Positions 7,813-17,000 are shown, counted from the stretch's first letter. The stretch: DNA of 53,698 nucleotides from a virus (IMGVR_UViG_3300028802_000020:1-53698), one strand, 5' to 3'. Notes: generated by a model from the sequence alone, not told the origin. Made by a program: numbers and translations.

Positions 7813-9702
7813 ATGACGCACGCCCTGAGCGCCGCATATGACCCATCGGAGCACCCGCATGCCCCCGCCGGCTCGTCGACGGGCGGCCAGTTCGCTCAGA
7901 TCGGGAACACCGCGAAGAAGGCGGCGACCAAGTCGGCGAAGTCCGGCATGTCAAGGTCGGGCCGGTCCCATACGCCGTCCGGCCATCCGGCGCGGAAACC
8001 CGACGACGGCACCATGTCCTACGACCCGAAATCCAACCGCGGCACCGGCTACGACAACCCGGACGGCGACCCGAGGGTCAAGAAGCTGCAGGAGGCGCTG
8101 ACCCGGCTCGGGCTCACCGACTCCGCCGGGAAGCCGTTGAAACTTGACGGGAAACTCGGTCCGAAGACGACCGCGGCCGTGCGGAAGGCGCAGCACCGGA
8201 TGGGCGTCCCGGTCGACGGGAAAGTCACACCGGCACTGCTGCAGAAGCTCGCCGAGGCGAAGACGATCACCCGGGCGGCGGCCCCGATGATGCCGTACGG
8301 CGGCGATGTCTCCTACGCCGACCCGGGCTACCAGCCGGACAAGAAGAAGCGATATCCGCTGGACTCGGAGGAGCACTGCCGAGCGGCGTGGTCCTACATC
8401 AACATGCCGAAGAACGCGGCAATGTACACCGCCGAGCAGCTCGCCACCATCAAGGCGAAGATGCAGGCTGCGGGGAAGAAGTACGGCATCGACTTCGCCG
8501 GCCAGGTGAAGGCCGCCGCTGTCGACGGCGCCCTGCGTGGTGTGGAGCTCGCCCGTCCGGGTGCCTGGAAGCTCTCCAGCGGCGACGTCGAGTTCACCGA
8601 GCAGATGCTCCGCGACGCCGCAGACTTCTTCGCCGCGTCCGGCGGTCAGGCCGTCCCGGTGAAACTGGGTCATACCGACAACCGGTTCAACGGCGACGGA
8701 GAACCGGCGTTCGGGTCCGTCACCAACGTGCGTTTCACCACCGATGACCGTGGTCCGGTGCTGCTCGGCGACATCGTCGACATGCCGCAGTGGCTCGGCG
8801 CTGCAGCTCCGAAGCGGTGGCCGAACAGGTCCATCGAGGGCTGGCAGAACTTCTCCTACGACGGCCGCGAGTACTCGCTGATCCTGTCTGGGCTCGCGTT
8901 CCTCGGGGTGACCCCGCCGGGCGTCAAGAACATCAAGTCCCTCGCCGATCTCCAGGTCGCGCTCGCTGCCTCGTCCGCGACACGACTCGTTGCCTCGGCT
9001 CCACCGGACGATCCTGCGGAACCACCCGACGACGAAGTCGAAGACCTCGGCGAGGAAGACGACGACGAGCCCGACGACGGGGAACCGGACGCCACCGAAC
9101 TGCAGGAACCCATCCCGACCACCCGAACGCCCGCCCATCCGGCGGGCGTTTCGCATGTCGCCGCTCAGGCGGCAGCCCGCATCCACAACGCACCAGTGAG
9201 AGGAGCCGGGATGAACCTGGCCAAGTACAGGGAGGCACTGGCCGGGCTCCCGGACGACGCCTCCGAAGAGGAAATCGCGGCGGCACTCGCCGCGGCCGGC
9301 CTCGCATCGGAACCGGTGGGTGAGAGCACCCAGGAGCTCGACCAGCGGGTCGCCGCCGCAGCGGCGAAGGGTGGCCTGGTCACCATCGACCCGGCGCAGC
9401 TGCAGGAGTTCCGGGACGCCATGGTCCGTGCCTCGGCGCTGACCAAGCGCCTCGAAACCCAGGACCGGGACAGCACCATCACCGACGCCATCAAGATGGG
9501 CAAGTTCCCGCCGGCCCGGCGTCAGCACTACGAGCGGTACTGGGACGCGGACCCCGTCGGCGCGAAGGAAGTCATCGCGTCGCTCGCCGCCAACCTGGTG
9601 CCGGTGACCGCATCCGGCTACGACACCGACGCCGACCGGCAGGACGACGAACTCGACCGTGAGATCGCCCGCCTGTCCCCGCCGAAGGCGAAGGTGGCCT
9701 AG
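7813..9702 (+). CDS. Mu-like prohead protease/scaffold with N-terminal peptidoglycan-binding and DUF6582-like domains
   Basis: AAGGAGG RBS; VKKLQEAL..DGKLGPKTTAAVRKAQ..DG (PGBD); KKRYPLDSEEHCRAAWSYI; PVKLGH..PAFG..RSIEG..LGVTPPGV protease; helical scaffold C-terminus. Confidence 0.8.
   Translation: MTHALSAAYDPSEHPHAPAGSSTGGQFAQIGNTAKKAATKSAKSGMSRSGRSHTPSGHPARKPDDGTMSYDPKSNRGTGYDNPDGDPRVKKLQEALTRLGLTDSAGKPLKLDGKLGPKTTAAVRKAQHRMGVPVDGKVTPALLQKLAEAKTITRAAAPMMPYGGDVSYADPGYQPDKKKRYPLDSEEHCRAAWSYINMPKNAAMYTAEQLATIKAKMQAAGKKYGIDFAGQVKAAAVDGALRGVELARPGAWKLSSGDVEFTEQMLRDAADFFAASGGQAVPVKLGHTDNRFNGDGEPAFGSVTNVRFTTDDRGPVLLGDIVDMPQWLGAAAPKRWPNRSIEGWQNFSYDGREYSLILSGLAFLGVTPPGVKNIKSLADLQVALAASSATRLVASAPPDDPAEPPDDEVEDLGEEDDDEPDDGEPDATELQEPIPTTRTPAHPAGVSHVAAQAAARIHNAPVRGAGMNLAKYREALAGLPDDASEEEIAAALAAAGLASEPVGESTQELDQRVAAAAAKGGLVTIDPAQLQEFRDAMVRASALTKRLETQDRDSTITDAIKMGKFPPARRQHYERYWDADPVGAKEVIASLAANLVPVTASGYDTDADRQDDELDREIARLSPPKAKVA
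9211..9702 (+). CDS. in-frame internal start: scaffolding protein (putative)
   Basis: AGGAG-ccggg-ATG in frame; MNLAKYREALAGLPDDASEEEI; analogous to Mu gpI/gpZ. Confidence 0.55.
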   Translation: MNLAKYREALAGLPDDASEEEIAAALAAAGLASEPVGESTQELDQRVAAAAAKGGLVTIDPAQLQEFRDAMVRASALTKRLETQDRDSTITDAIKMGKFPPARRQHYERYWDADPVGAKEVIASLAANLVPVTASGYDTDADRQDDELDREIARLSPPKAKVA

Positions 9703-9704
9703 CG

Positions 9705-10088
9705 ATGGCTGACTATTCCCCGATCTACAGCGGCGGCGTCCAGCCGTTCACGCAGACCACATCCGGCACCGTGACCGGCGGGCAGGTGGTTGTCGCGTCC
9801 GGCGTGGACACCGTCGCCGCTGCCGGCGCCGGCTCGCTCGTCGTGGTCGGCGTCGCTGCCCACGACGCCGCATCCGGCGCCAAGGTGTCGGTCTGGCCGA
9901 TCGCCAACTGCATCCACGAAGTGACGACCACCGGCACGGTCACCGCGCTCGACGGCGTGGTCACCGCGGCGTCCGGCACCGTCGGCACGGCCGCGATCGC
10001 GACCGCCGCGGCGGCCGGCACGCTGATCGGCACCGCGCTCAACACGAAGACCACCGGTCTCAAAGTCAAGTTCCTCGGCCGTAACTAA
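9705..10088 (+). CDS. capsid decoration/cement protein (DUF2190-like)
   Basis: small Ala/Gly/Thr/Val-rich protein, VVGVAAHDAASG motif, immediately before the major capsid gene. Confidence 0.7.
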   Translation: MADYSPIYSGGVQPFTQTTSGTVTGGQVVVASGVDTVAAAGAGSLVVVGVAAHDAASGAKVSVWPIANCIHEVTTTGTVTALDGVVTAASGTVGTAAIATAAAAGTLIGTALNTKTTGLKVKFLGRN

Positions 10089-10106
10089 TCTCGGAAGGAG
10101 ATAGGC

Positions 10107-11048
10107 ATGCCTTACGCATTCCCAGCGGCAGCGCCCACCCTTTCGGGCGACCTCATCACCATCTCTCGATTCCTGTCCGACCCGACCCGCATCCAGCGGC
10201 GGCTGCGGGACGCCACCGACCTCCGGTTCGTCGCCGACCAGCTGCTCAAGGACCGGCAGCGGGCATCGGGCGGCGCGGTGCTCTACGACATGACCGAACC
10301 GTTCATCTCCGACCGTGCGGTCGAGGCCGTGTCGGCCGGATCGACGTACCCGTACGCCAACCTCGGCACCGGCACCGCCGGTATCGCAGCGGTCTCCAAA
10401 TGGGGCCAGAAGGTGCTCCTCACCGACGAGGAGATCACCCGCAAGTCGTGGCCGATGTCGGCCGTGGACCGGGCCCTGACCAAGGTCGTCACCACGATCA
10501 TCAAGCAGGTCGACACGATCGCCATGTCCGCCATCGGCACCGCGATCACCGCCGAGGTCGCCACCGCAGGGTCGTGGGACAACGCGACCCCGTCGCTGCG
10601 CAAGCCGCTGGACGACATCCTCCTCGGCATCCAGGCGATCGAGGACCTCAACCTCGGCTACCACGCCGACACCCTCGTCGTCAGCCCCAAGGCGTACACG
10701 TACCTGATGCTCAACGACGCCATCGCCCAACTCCGCAAGCGGGAGACGAACGACAACCCGGTCTACACGGGCCTGATCGAGACGGTGGCGAACCTGACCG
10801 TCATCAAGACCCCCAACCTGCCGGTCATCACCAGGGCGTGGATCCTCGACTCCACCCAGCTCGGCGGCATGGCCGACGAGTCGGCGAGCGCGCCCGGCTA
10901 CGCCGAGATGGGCGGCCTGGCCGGCGTCGAGGTCAAGTCGATCCGCAAGGAGGACCAGGACGCCTGGGATCTGCAGGCCCGCCGCCTGACGGTTCCGTTC
11001 GTCCAGGAACCGGGGGCGGGGTACGAGATCACCGGTGTGGTGAGCTGA
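10107..11048 (+). CDS. major capsid protein
   Basis: AAGGAG RBS, 313 aa, KWGQKVLLTDE and PDTL-like (ADTLVVSP) motifs, synteny. Confidence 0.85.
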   Translation: MPYAFPAAAPTLSGDLITISRFLSDPTRIQRRLRDATDLRFVADQLLKDRQRASGGAVLYDMTEPFISDRAVEAVSAGSTYPYANLGTGTAGIAAVSKWGQKVLLTDEEITRKSWPMSAVDRALTKVVTTIIKQVDTIAMSAIGTAITAEVATAGSWDNATPSLRKPLDDILLGIQAIEDLNLGYHADTLVVSPKAYTYLMLNDAIAQLRKRETNDNPVYTGLIETVANLTVIKTPNLPVITRAWILDSTQLGGMADESASAPGYAEMGGLAGVEVKSIRKEDQDAWDLQARRLTVPFVQEPGAGYEITGVVS

Positions 11049-11245
11049 TGGCTGTCCCTACCGACGCCGAGGTCAGGATCGGTGTGCGCGAGGCGCTCCT
11101 GATCATCATTCGTCAGTTGCCGGTGATTCAGGGTGCTGTCGAGCGTGCCGAAGGCGCGTTCTCTGGTCCGGACTTCTCCGCCGCAGTCACCGCGTTGGAC
11201 GAAGCCCACGACCAACTGATGGCGGCACTCAACACCACAGATTAG
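11048..11245 (+). CDS. hypothetical protein (65 aa)
   Basis: TGATG coupling to the capsid gene stop. Confidence 0.55.
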   Translation: MAVPTDAEVRIGVREALLIIIRQLPVIQGAVERAEGAFSGPDFSAAVTALDEAHDQLMAALNTTD

Positions 11246-11255
11246 GAGGCTACTG

Positions 11256-11651
11256 ATGCCTGTCATCTCCGCGTCGATCCTGCGCAACTCGAACCACCTC
11301 CACGAAGGTTTCGAACACGTCTACTCGGGCTCGACCGCTTCGGCCACCGTTACCGCCGACCAGCTGCTCGAGGTCAGCGGTGATGGAACTGTCGGCCCGG
11401 CCGGTGCCGCATCCACGGCAGTGGTGGGGCTCGCGCTCCTCGGCGCGTCCAGTGGTCAGCCGGTGAAGATGCTGACCTTCGGGCCGGTGCTCTCCATCAC
11501 GTCGACCGGCGCCATTACCGCCGGCGCGAAGGTCGCTGCTGGCGCCGCGGGCGTCGTGGCGACGATCGGCGCCGGCACGTTCCAGCAGGTAGTCGGTACG
11601 GCTTTGACGACCGCGGCCGGCAACGTCGTCAAGGTGGTGATGCACACGTGA
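11256..11651 (+). CDS. second DUF2190-like capsid cement paralog
   Basis: AGGAGG RBS; aligns by eye with 9705..10088 (TVT..Q....SG..TV..AGA.S..VVG.A...A.SG..V; GTAL.T). Confidence 0.65.
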   Translation: MPVISASILRNSNHLHEGFEHVYSGSTASATVTADQLLEVSGDGTVGPAGAASTAVVGLALLGASSGQPVKMLTFGPVLSITSTGAITAGAKVAAGAAGVVATIGAGTFQQVVGTALTTAAGNVVKVVMHT

Positions 11652-12037
11652 GCGCACCTCGAGCACGTGTGGTCGCCGCCTACGCGACCGTCAAGATCAC
11701 CGACCCGGTGTCGGGGAAGTGGACCGTCCACGGCTTCACCCAGGGCGGGGTCTTCCCGGCCGAGGCCGACCCGGAGAACGTCGCCAACCTGGTTCGCAGG
11801 GGCTACGCCGAATGGGTCGACGCGCCAGCCCCAACTGCACCCGCGGAGCCGGCGGCACCGCCGGAAGCCCCGCCCGTCGAACCGGTCGCGCCGGACGGTC
11901 GGCCGAAGGACTACGCGTCCAAGCCGGAATGGGTCGACTACGCGGTATCCCGCCGCAGCGACGACGTGTCCGAAGAAGACGCACGGGCCGTGGCCGAGTT
12001 GTCGTCGAAGGCCGACCTGATCGCCGAGTTCGGCTAG
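11648..12037 (+). CDS. hypothetical head-associated protein
   Basis: coupled ORF; C-terminal RPKDYASKPEWVDYA..SKADLI HeH-like motif common after actinophage capsid genes. Confidence 0.6.
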   Translation: MSAPRARVVAAYATVKITDPVSGKWTVHGFTQGGVFPAEADPENVANLVRRGYAEWVDAPAPTAPAEPAAPPEAPPVEPVAPDGRPKDYASKPEWVDYAVSRRSDDVSEEDARAVAELSSKADLIAEFG

Positions 12038-12052
12038 AGGAGGTAGGGGGCG

Positions 12053-12430
12053 ATGACCGACCTCTTCACGCTGGCGGAATTCGCCTCCTACCTGAAAGAG
12101 GACATCGACACGTCGAGCGCAACAGTCGCTCGGCGTGTCGCCAACGGCTGGCTCCTCAACGCCACCGGCCTCACCGACTGGACCGTGCCGGTCTCCGACG
12201 CACTGTTCGGCTGGGGCCTCGAGCTCGCCGCGATCGCGTGGCGCAACCCGGACGGCGCCTCATCGGAGTCGGTCGATGACCATAGCGTCGCGTGGGACCG
12301 GCTCCGACGTGCCGAGATCCTCAAAGCCGCGCAAACCGCCTACGGCTCCGGCGGCTCGCCGCAGTACTCGTTCCCGGCAGTCGACTGGCACTGGCAAACC
12401 GTGCCTGCCATCCCACCGCTCACCAACTGA
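12053..12430 (+). CDS. head-to-tail adaptor
   Basis: LFTLAEFASYL, NPDG..SESVDDHS motif, synteny. Confidence 0.7.
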   Translation: MTDLFTLAEFASYLKEDIDTSSATVARRVANGWLLNATGLTDWTVPVSDALFGWGLELAAIAWRNPDGASSESVDDHSVAWDRLRRAEILKAAQTAYGSGGSPQYSFPAVDWHWQTVPAIPPLTN

Positions 12431-12548
12431 GGCAGCGGCACGTTCGCCGCCTGACCAAGCCAGCCCGGCCGGCGTGCCGGTCTCGTCCGTATCGGATAAG
12501 CCACCAAACCCGCGGCCCGTTCGCCGCCAGACCGCGGGAGGAATCCGC

Positions 12549-13229
12549 GTGCCACTGAACAGCCTTTCGCAGAACGCCGCGCTTGACGGCCTCGACGAGT
12601 CCATCACCGCCGGCATCAAATTTATCGGCATCAACACGCTGGTGACAGCGCCACCAACGGACACCACGCCAGGTACGGGCGCGACAGCAGCTTCCACCGA
12701 GGCAACCGGCGGGTCACCGGCGTACGCCCGGATCGCTGCCGTGTGGGGTGCCGCAGCGTCAGGGACGAAGGCCAACACCACCGCGGTGACGTTCGATGTG
12801 CCGGCCGGGACGTACGGGTTCTTCACCTACTGGAACGCGTCGACCGGCAACACCGGCACCGAATACCGGGGCTACGCGGTGTTCGGCGGCGCCACCCCGA
12901 AGAAGGGCTTCGGGGTCGTCGATGCCACCGACGTCACGAACGACACGGTCACGTCGAACGGTCACGGCCTCGTCAACACCGACCGGGTCATCTTGTTCAA
13001 CGTCGTCGGCGAGACCATCCCGACCGGCATCACCGAAGGCGGCTGCTACTTCGTGGTCGGTGCGGCGACGGACACGTTCCAGATCGCGCTCACGTCCGGT
13101 GGCGCCGCCGTGAACCTCACCACCCAGGGCGAGGTCTATTTCGAAAAGGTCGTCCCCGAGGTCTTCGCCGGGCAGGGCCAGATCACCGCCGCCATCGGCG
13201 CACTCGTCCTCGACGCTTCAACGATCTGA
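12549..13229 (+). CDS. virion structural protein (fibre-associated, putative)
   Basis: GGAGG RBS before GTG; EATGGSPAYARIAAVW..VTFDVPAG motif; GHGLVNTDRV beta-rich segment. Confidence 0.55.
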   Translation: MPLNSLSQNAALDGLDESITAGIKFIGINTLVTAPPTDTTPGTGATAASTEATGGSPAYARIAAVWGAAASGTKANTTAVTFDVPAGTYGFFTYWNASTGNTGTEYRGYAVFGGATPKKGFGVVDATDVTNDTVTSNGHGLVNTDRVILFNVVGETIPTGITEGGCYFVVGAATDTFQIALTSGGAAVNLTTQGEVYFEKVVPEVFAGQGQITAAIGALVLDASTI

Positions 13230-13240
13230 AGGGAAAACCC

Positions 13241-13567
13241 ATGTCCTGTGGGGATGCCGCGAACTCCTGGGTGCCGACACTGGCGCCATCGGTGTGGACG
13301 GGGACAGTCGGCACGGACAGCCTCGTCGCCGTGTTCACCACGGCCCTGCACGCCGCAGCGATCGTCATCGGCGGGGTCGCCGGTGTCGGTACGTGGTCGA
13401 AGGACTCCGAAGGCTTCAAGTTCACCGCCGCGCTCGAAGGCATCACCTGGCACGTCACCGTCCACGCCGACGCTTGCGCGGTCGGCGGCGACGTGACCGC
13501 CGCGGCCGGCACGGCACTGGACGGCAACTCGCAGTCCTACGCCGTCGCCATGACCCGAACCGTCTAG
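13241..13567 (+). CDS. hypothetical protein
   Basis: AAGGG RBS, 108 aa, GC-biased codons. Confidence 0.55.
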   Translation: MSCGDAANSWVPTLAPSVWTGTVGTDSLVAVFTTALHAAAIVIGGVAGVGTWSKDSEGFKFTAALEGITWHVTVHADACAVGGDVTAAAGTALDGNSQSYAVAMTRTV

Positions 13568-13593
13568 CCGAGCAGGGAAGGGAGGGGCCTGCC

Positions 13594-14139
13594 ATGGGCG
13601 ATTTTTACATGACTACCCCGGTCGGGCCGTTCCCGACTGCGGTCGGTGCCTCGTTCGGCACCTTCACCACCCGCCAGGACGTGTCCCCGCAGCCGCTGCC
13701 CGTCGTGCAGGGCTACCAGCTGCGCCTCGGATCAAAAATCAAGATCGAGGCTGAGGGCGAGTTCTCGACGACCGGCACCCCGACCCTGGTGCTCGGGTTC
13801 TACATCGGCACCGCCGCCGGCGCGATCACCACCGTGATTGCCGAATCTGCGGCGATCACGACCGCATCCGCCGCTGCAGCGCTCCCGTGGCGGCTCGAGT
13901 ATCGGGGCATCGTCACGACCCTCGGCGTCTCCGGCGCCTGCGTCGGCATGGGTGACCTGGAGCTCGGCACGACGCTGACCGCGTTCTCCGACAACGCGAT
14001 CCCGGCAACCCAGGCCCTGCGCACCATCGTCTGGGACACCACGATCGCCCGCGCGATCGGTGTCTGCGCCACCTGGGGCGCGTCGTCGGCGTCGAACACC
14101 GTCAAGACCATCAACCACTCCGTCGCGTTGCTCAACTGA
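13594..14139 (+). CDS. hypothetical virion protein
   Basis: GGAGG RBS, beta-rich 181 aa. Confidence 0.6.
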   Translation: MGDFYMTTPVGPFPTAVGASFGTFTTRQDVSPQPLPVVQGYQLRLGSKIKIEAEGEFSTTGTPTLVLGFYIGTAAGAITTVIAESAAITTASAAAALPWRLEYRGIVTTLGVSGACVGMGDLELGTTLTAFSDNAIPATQALRTIVWDTTIARAIGVCATWGASSASNTVKTINHSVALLN

Positions 14140-14152
14140 CGAAAGGACCGAC

Positions 14153-14467
14153 ATGGCAGTCGGCTATGCCCTGGACAAGGCGTCCATCGACAACCGGGCG
14201 GCGGCGATCACGCTCGGCATCCGCAGCAACCTGCAGATGGCAACGGACCTCTGCGCCCTGTTCAACAACACGACGATCTTCGCGAACAACGCGGCGTTCC
14301 TGGCGTTCGGCTGGGTGCAGGCGGAGATCGACTTTCTCCGCGGCGCCATGACCGACCTCGGCGGCTCGTCGGGTTCGTCGCTGTACCGGATCGCCCACGG
14401 CTCGGCGACCCTCGGCGGTGTCAACGACTTCTTCTTCAACGGCCAGCACCTGACCGGCGTGCTCTAA
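14153..14467 (+). CDS. hypothetical virion protein
   Basis: AAAGGA RBS, 104 aa. Confidence 0.6.
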   Translation: MAVGYALDKASIDNRAAAITLGIRSNLQMATDLCALFNNTTIFANNAAFLAFGWVQAEIDFLRGAMTDLGGSSGSSLYRIAHGSATLGGVNDFFFNGQHLTGVL

Positions 14468-14509
14468 ACGAGGAGGGGGCCTGACGGTTCCGTCGAAGGG
14501 CGGTAGGCG

Positions 14510-16990
14510 ATGGCCCCCGAAGTTGCCGAGGTCGTCTGGTACGCCGAGGATTCGGTCTCGCCGCTGACCGTGGCGAAGCCGGCCGGGTTCACGTCCGGTG
14601 ACCTGCTCATCGCGGTCATCGTCCAGCACAACAACCCGTCCGCGCAGTCCGACCTCAGTGTCTCCGCCGACTGGACCCTCGAAGGCAACTACGACGGCAC
14701 CATCTCCGACGCCAAAATCTTCAGCCACATCTACGACCCGGCCGACCCGTCGACGTGGTCGTTCGTCTACCGGGCCACCGCCGACGTGTGTCTCGGACTG
14801 TTCCGGATCACCGGCGCCGACCAGGCACCCGTCATCACCATCACCTCGACGGCGTTCGCGTCGACGACCGCGTCGATGGACGCACCGGACCTCAGTCCGG
14901 CCGGCGCCGACGACCTGCTGATCTCGGTCATCTGCGACCACGGCAACGGTGGCGCGTTCACCGTCACCGACCCGGCCGGGATGACGGACCTCGGTCAGGT
15001 TCAGGTCGCGAACCTCTACATGGCGGCGGCGGCCGCGCATGAGGCCCTCGTCTCCAACGCCAACCCCGGTGTCCGGACCTGGACGAACGTGTCCCGGACC
15101 GGCACGACCGGCGGCACCATCTCCATCGCCGTCAAGTCCCCGGCCTCCGCGGACCCGCTCGACCCGATCGTCAACGCCGGCCCGCCGTGGTGGATCGCCC
15201 GGCAGATCGCGATGGCGCAGACCCGGCTCCGCCCGCAGGACGACCCTCCCGGCCCCGGCATCGAAACCGGCCTGGCCCCGCTCGCGCTCACCACCACCGG
15301 CGCTGCCGTCAAGGTCGCCTCCTGCAGCGGCCGGACCGGGCTTGCGCTCGGGTCGGCCGGCACCGAAACCCGCACCGACGTCTACGTCGCCGAAACGTTC
15401 AGCTCGGTGCAGTCCGACGGCCTCGGCAACGGCTCGGCGATCACGACCGCCCGGACCTACACCGGCGACTACCTCATCGTCGCCGTCACCGACTCGCAGT
15501 CCGCGACGCCACCGACCGCCCCGGGCGGCTGGACCGAAATCACCCTCCCGGACACCGACCAGGGCACCAACTTCGAGGTCCACGTCTACCAGCTGCTGAA
15601 CCCGGCGGCGCAGACCACGTACACGTGGACGGTCACCGGCGGCCGACGGACCATCATGGGTGCCCTCGTCCGCGGCGCCTCCACCACCACGCTCCTGGAC
15701 GAGGCTGACTCCCTCGAGACCGCGTCCGGGACGTCCCACACCTCCCCGTCGGTGACGACCCTCGGCACCAACCGGGCCATCCTCGCGTTCGACGTGCTCC
15801 GCGGCTTCCCGACCTCGACCTGGTCGCAGACATCCGGCTGGCTCGAATACGTCGAAGCCGTCGGCGCCGACGCCACCACCAACATGCAGGTCTCCCTCCA
15901 GGCCCGCACCGCACCCACCGCCACCGCCTACTCCGACACGTTCGTCTGCTCTGTCGCCGAACCGGCCATCGTCGTCCTGCTCGCCGTCATCCCGCTCGTC
16001 GGCGGCGGCGCCGGCGCCACCGCCGAAAACGGCACCACGCTGGCCGCGCTCACCGCGGCGGGTACGGCCCGGAAAACCGGCATCGATGCAGGCGCAGGCC
16101 AACTCGCCATCACCGCCGCCGGCACGGCACGCAAGACCGGCCTCGACACCGGCACGGCCCAGGTCGCGCTGTCGGCCGCGGGCGCCGCACGGAAGGTCGC
16201 ATCCCAGACCGGCACGGCCCGCGTCGGCATCGTCGCCACCGCCGCAGCCCGGAAGACGGCCACGACCGCCGGCACCGCGGCCGCCGCCCTCACTGCTGCC
16301 GGTACTGACCGCAAGACCGGCATCGACGCCGGCACCGCCACGCTTGCCCTGCGTTCGGCCGGTACGGACACCAAGTCGGTGTCCCGGACCGGCACCACAC
16401 AACTCGCGCTGACCTCGACCGAATCGGCCAGTGCCGCCCGGGCCCAGACCGGTACCTGCACGCTCGCCGCGACCTCGACCGGCACGGCACGCAAGTCGGT
16501 GTCCCGCACCGGCACCACGCAGGCCGGCATCGTCGCCACCGGCGCGGCACGACGGACCGCGGTCGTCACCGGCCGGTCCATGGCCGCGCTCGTCGGCACC
16601 GGCGTCCAGGTCAAACGGGCCACCCCAACCGCCACGGCAACGCTCGGCGTCCTGTCGACCGGCACGGCGCGCAAGACCGCGCTTGGTGCAGGTCGTTCGC
16701 AGGTCGGCCTTGCCTCTTCGGCGCTGGAACTCAAACGTGCCCCGGTAGCCGGCCGTGCGCTGCTCGTCCTGGTCGCCCGGAGAAGTCCGGCCGACATCCG
16801 CTCGGCGACCGGCCGGACCACGCTCGCCCTGCTCGCCCGCCTTCACATCTGCACGACGAGACGGCCAGGCTCCGGCACCACATCCCGGGGGAGCTCGGGC
16901 ATCACCGCCTACTCCCTGGCGACGACTGCCCGACCCTCCTCAGGTATCACGACACGTCCAGATACAGGCATCACCGAGGACCCGTGCTGA
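14510..16990 (+). CDS. fibre-like virion protein with two repeated beta domains and 20-aa tandem repeats
   Basis: two related domains (GDLLIAVIV / GDYLIVAVT) followed by about 14 repeats of G-T-x-x-x-A-L-T-A-x-G-T-A-R-K. Confidence 0.6.
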   Translation: MAPEVAEVVWYAEDSVSPLTVAKPAGFTSGDLLIAVIVQHNNPSAQSDLSVSADWTLEGNYDGTISDAKIFSHIYDPADPSTWSFVYRATADVCLGLFRITGADQAPVITITSTAFASTTASMDAPDLSPAGADDLLISVICDHGNGGAFTVTDPAGMTDLGQVQVANLYMAAAAAHEALVSNANPGVRTWTNVSRTGTTGGTISIAVKSPASADPLDPIVNAGPPWWIARQIAMAQTRLRPQDDPPGPGIETGLAPLALTTTGAAVKVASCSGRTGLALGSAGTETRTDVYVAETFSSVQSDGLGNGSAITTARTYTGDYLIVAVTDSQSATPPTAPGGWTEITLPDTDQGTNFEVHVYQLLNPAAQTTYTWTVTGGRRTIMGALVRGASTTTLLDEADSLETASGTSHTSPSVTTLGTNRAILAFDVLRGFPTSTWSQTSGWLEYVEAVGADATTNMQVSLQARTAPTATAYSDTFVCSVAEPAIVVLLAVIPLVGGGAGATAENGTTLAALTAAGTARKTGIDAGAGQLAITAAGTARKTGLDTGTAQVALSAAGAARKVASQTGTARVGIVATAAARKTATTAGTAAAALTAAGTDRKTGIDAGTATLALRSAGTDTKSVSRTGTTQLALTSTESASAARAQTGTCTLAATSTGTARKSVSRTGTTQAGIVATGAARRTAVVTGRSMAALVGTGVQVKRATPTATATLGVLSTGTARKTALGAGRSQVGLASSALELKRAPVAGRALLVLVARRSPADIRSATGRTTLALLARLHICTTRRPGSGTTSRGSSGITAYSLATTARPSSGITTRPDTGITEDPC
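16031..16843 (+). repeat. coding 60-bp degenerate tandem repeat (about 14 units)
   Basis: GTTLAALTAAGTARKTGIDA / GAGQLAITAAGTARKTGLDT / GTAQVALSAAGAARKVASQT etc. Confidence 0.8.
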
Positions 16991-17000
16991 GGAGGTGGCT

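Noticed and set aside
16031-16843. Regularly spaced repeats resembling a CRISPR array
   Set aside because: Degenerate 60-bp coding repeats with no constant repeat/unique spacer structure and no cas genes
14132-16846. 904-aa minus-strand ORF (also 7951..9528, 27637..29190 and many other long antisense ORFs)
   Set aside because: Shadow frames of high-GC genes on the opposite strand; no motifs or RBS
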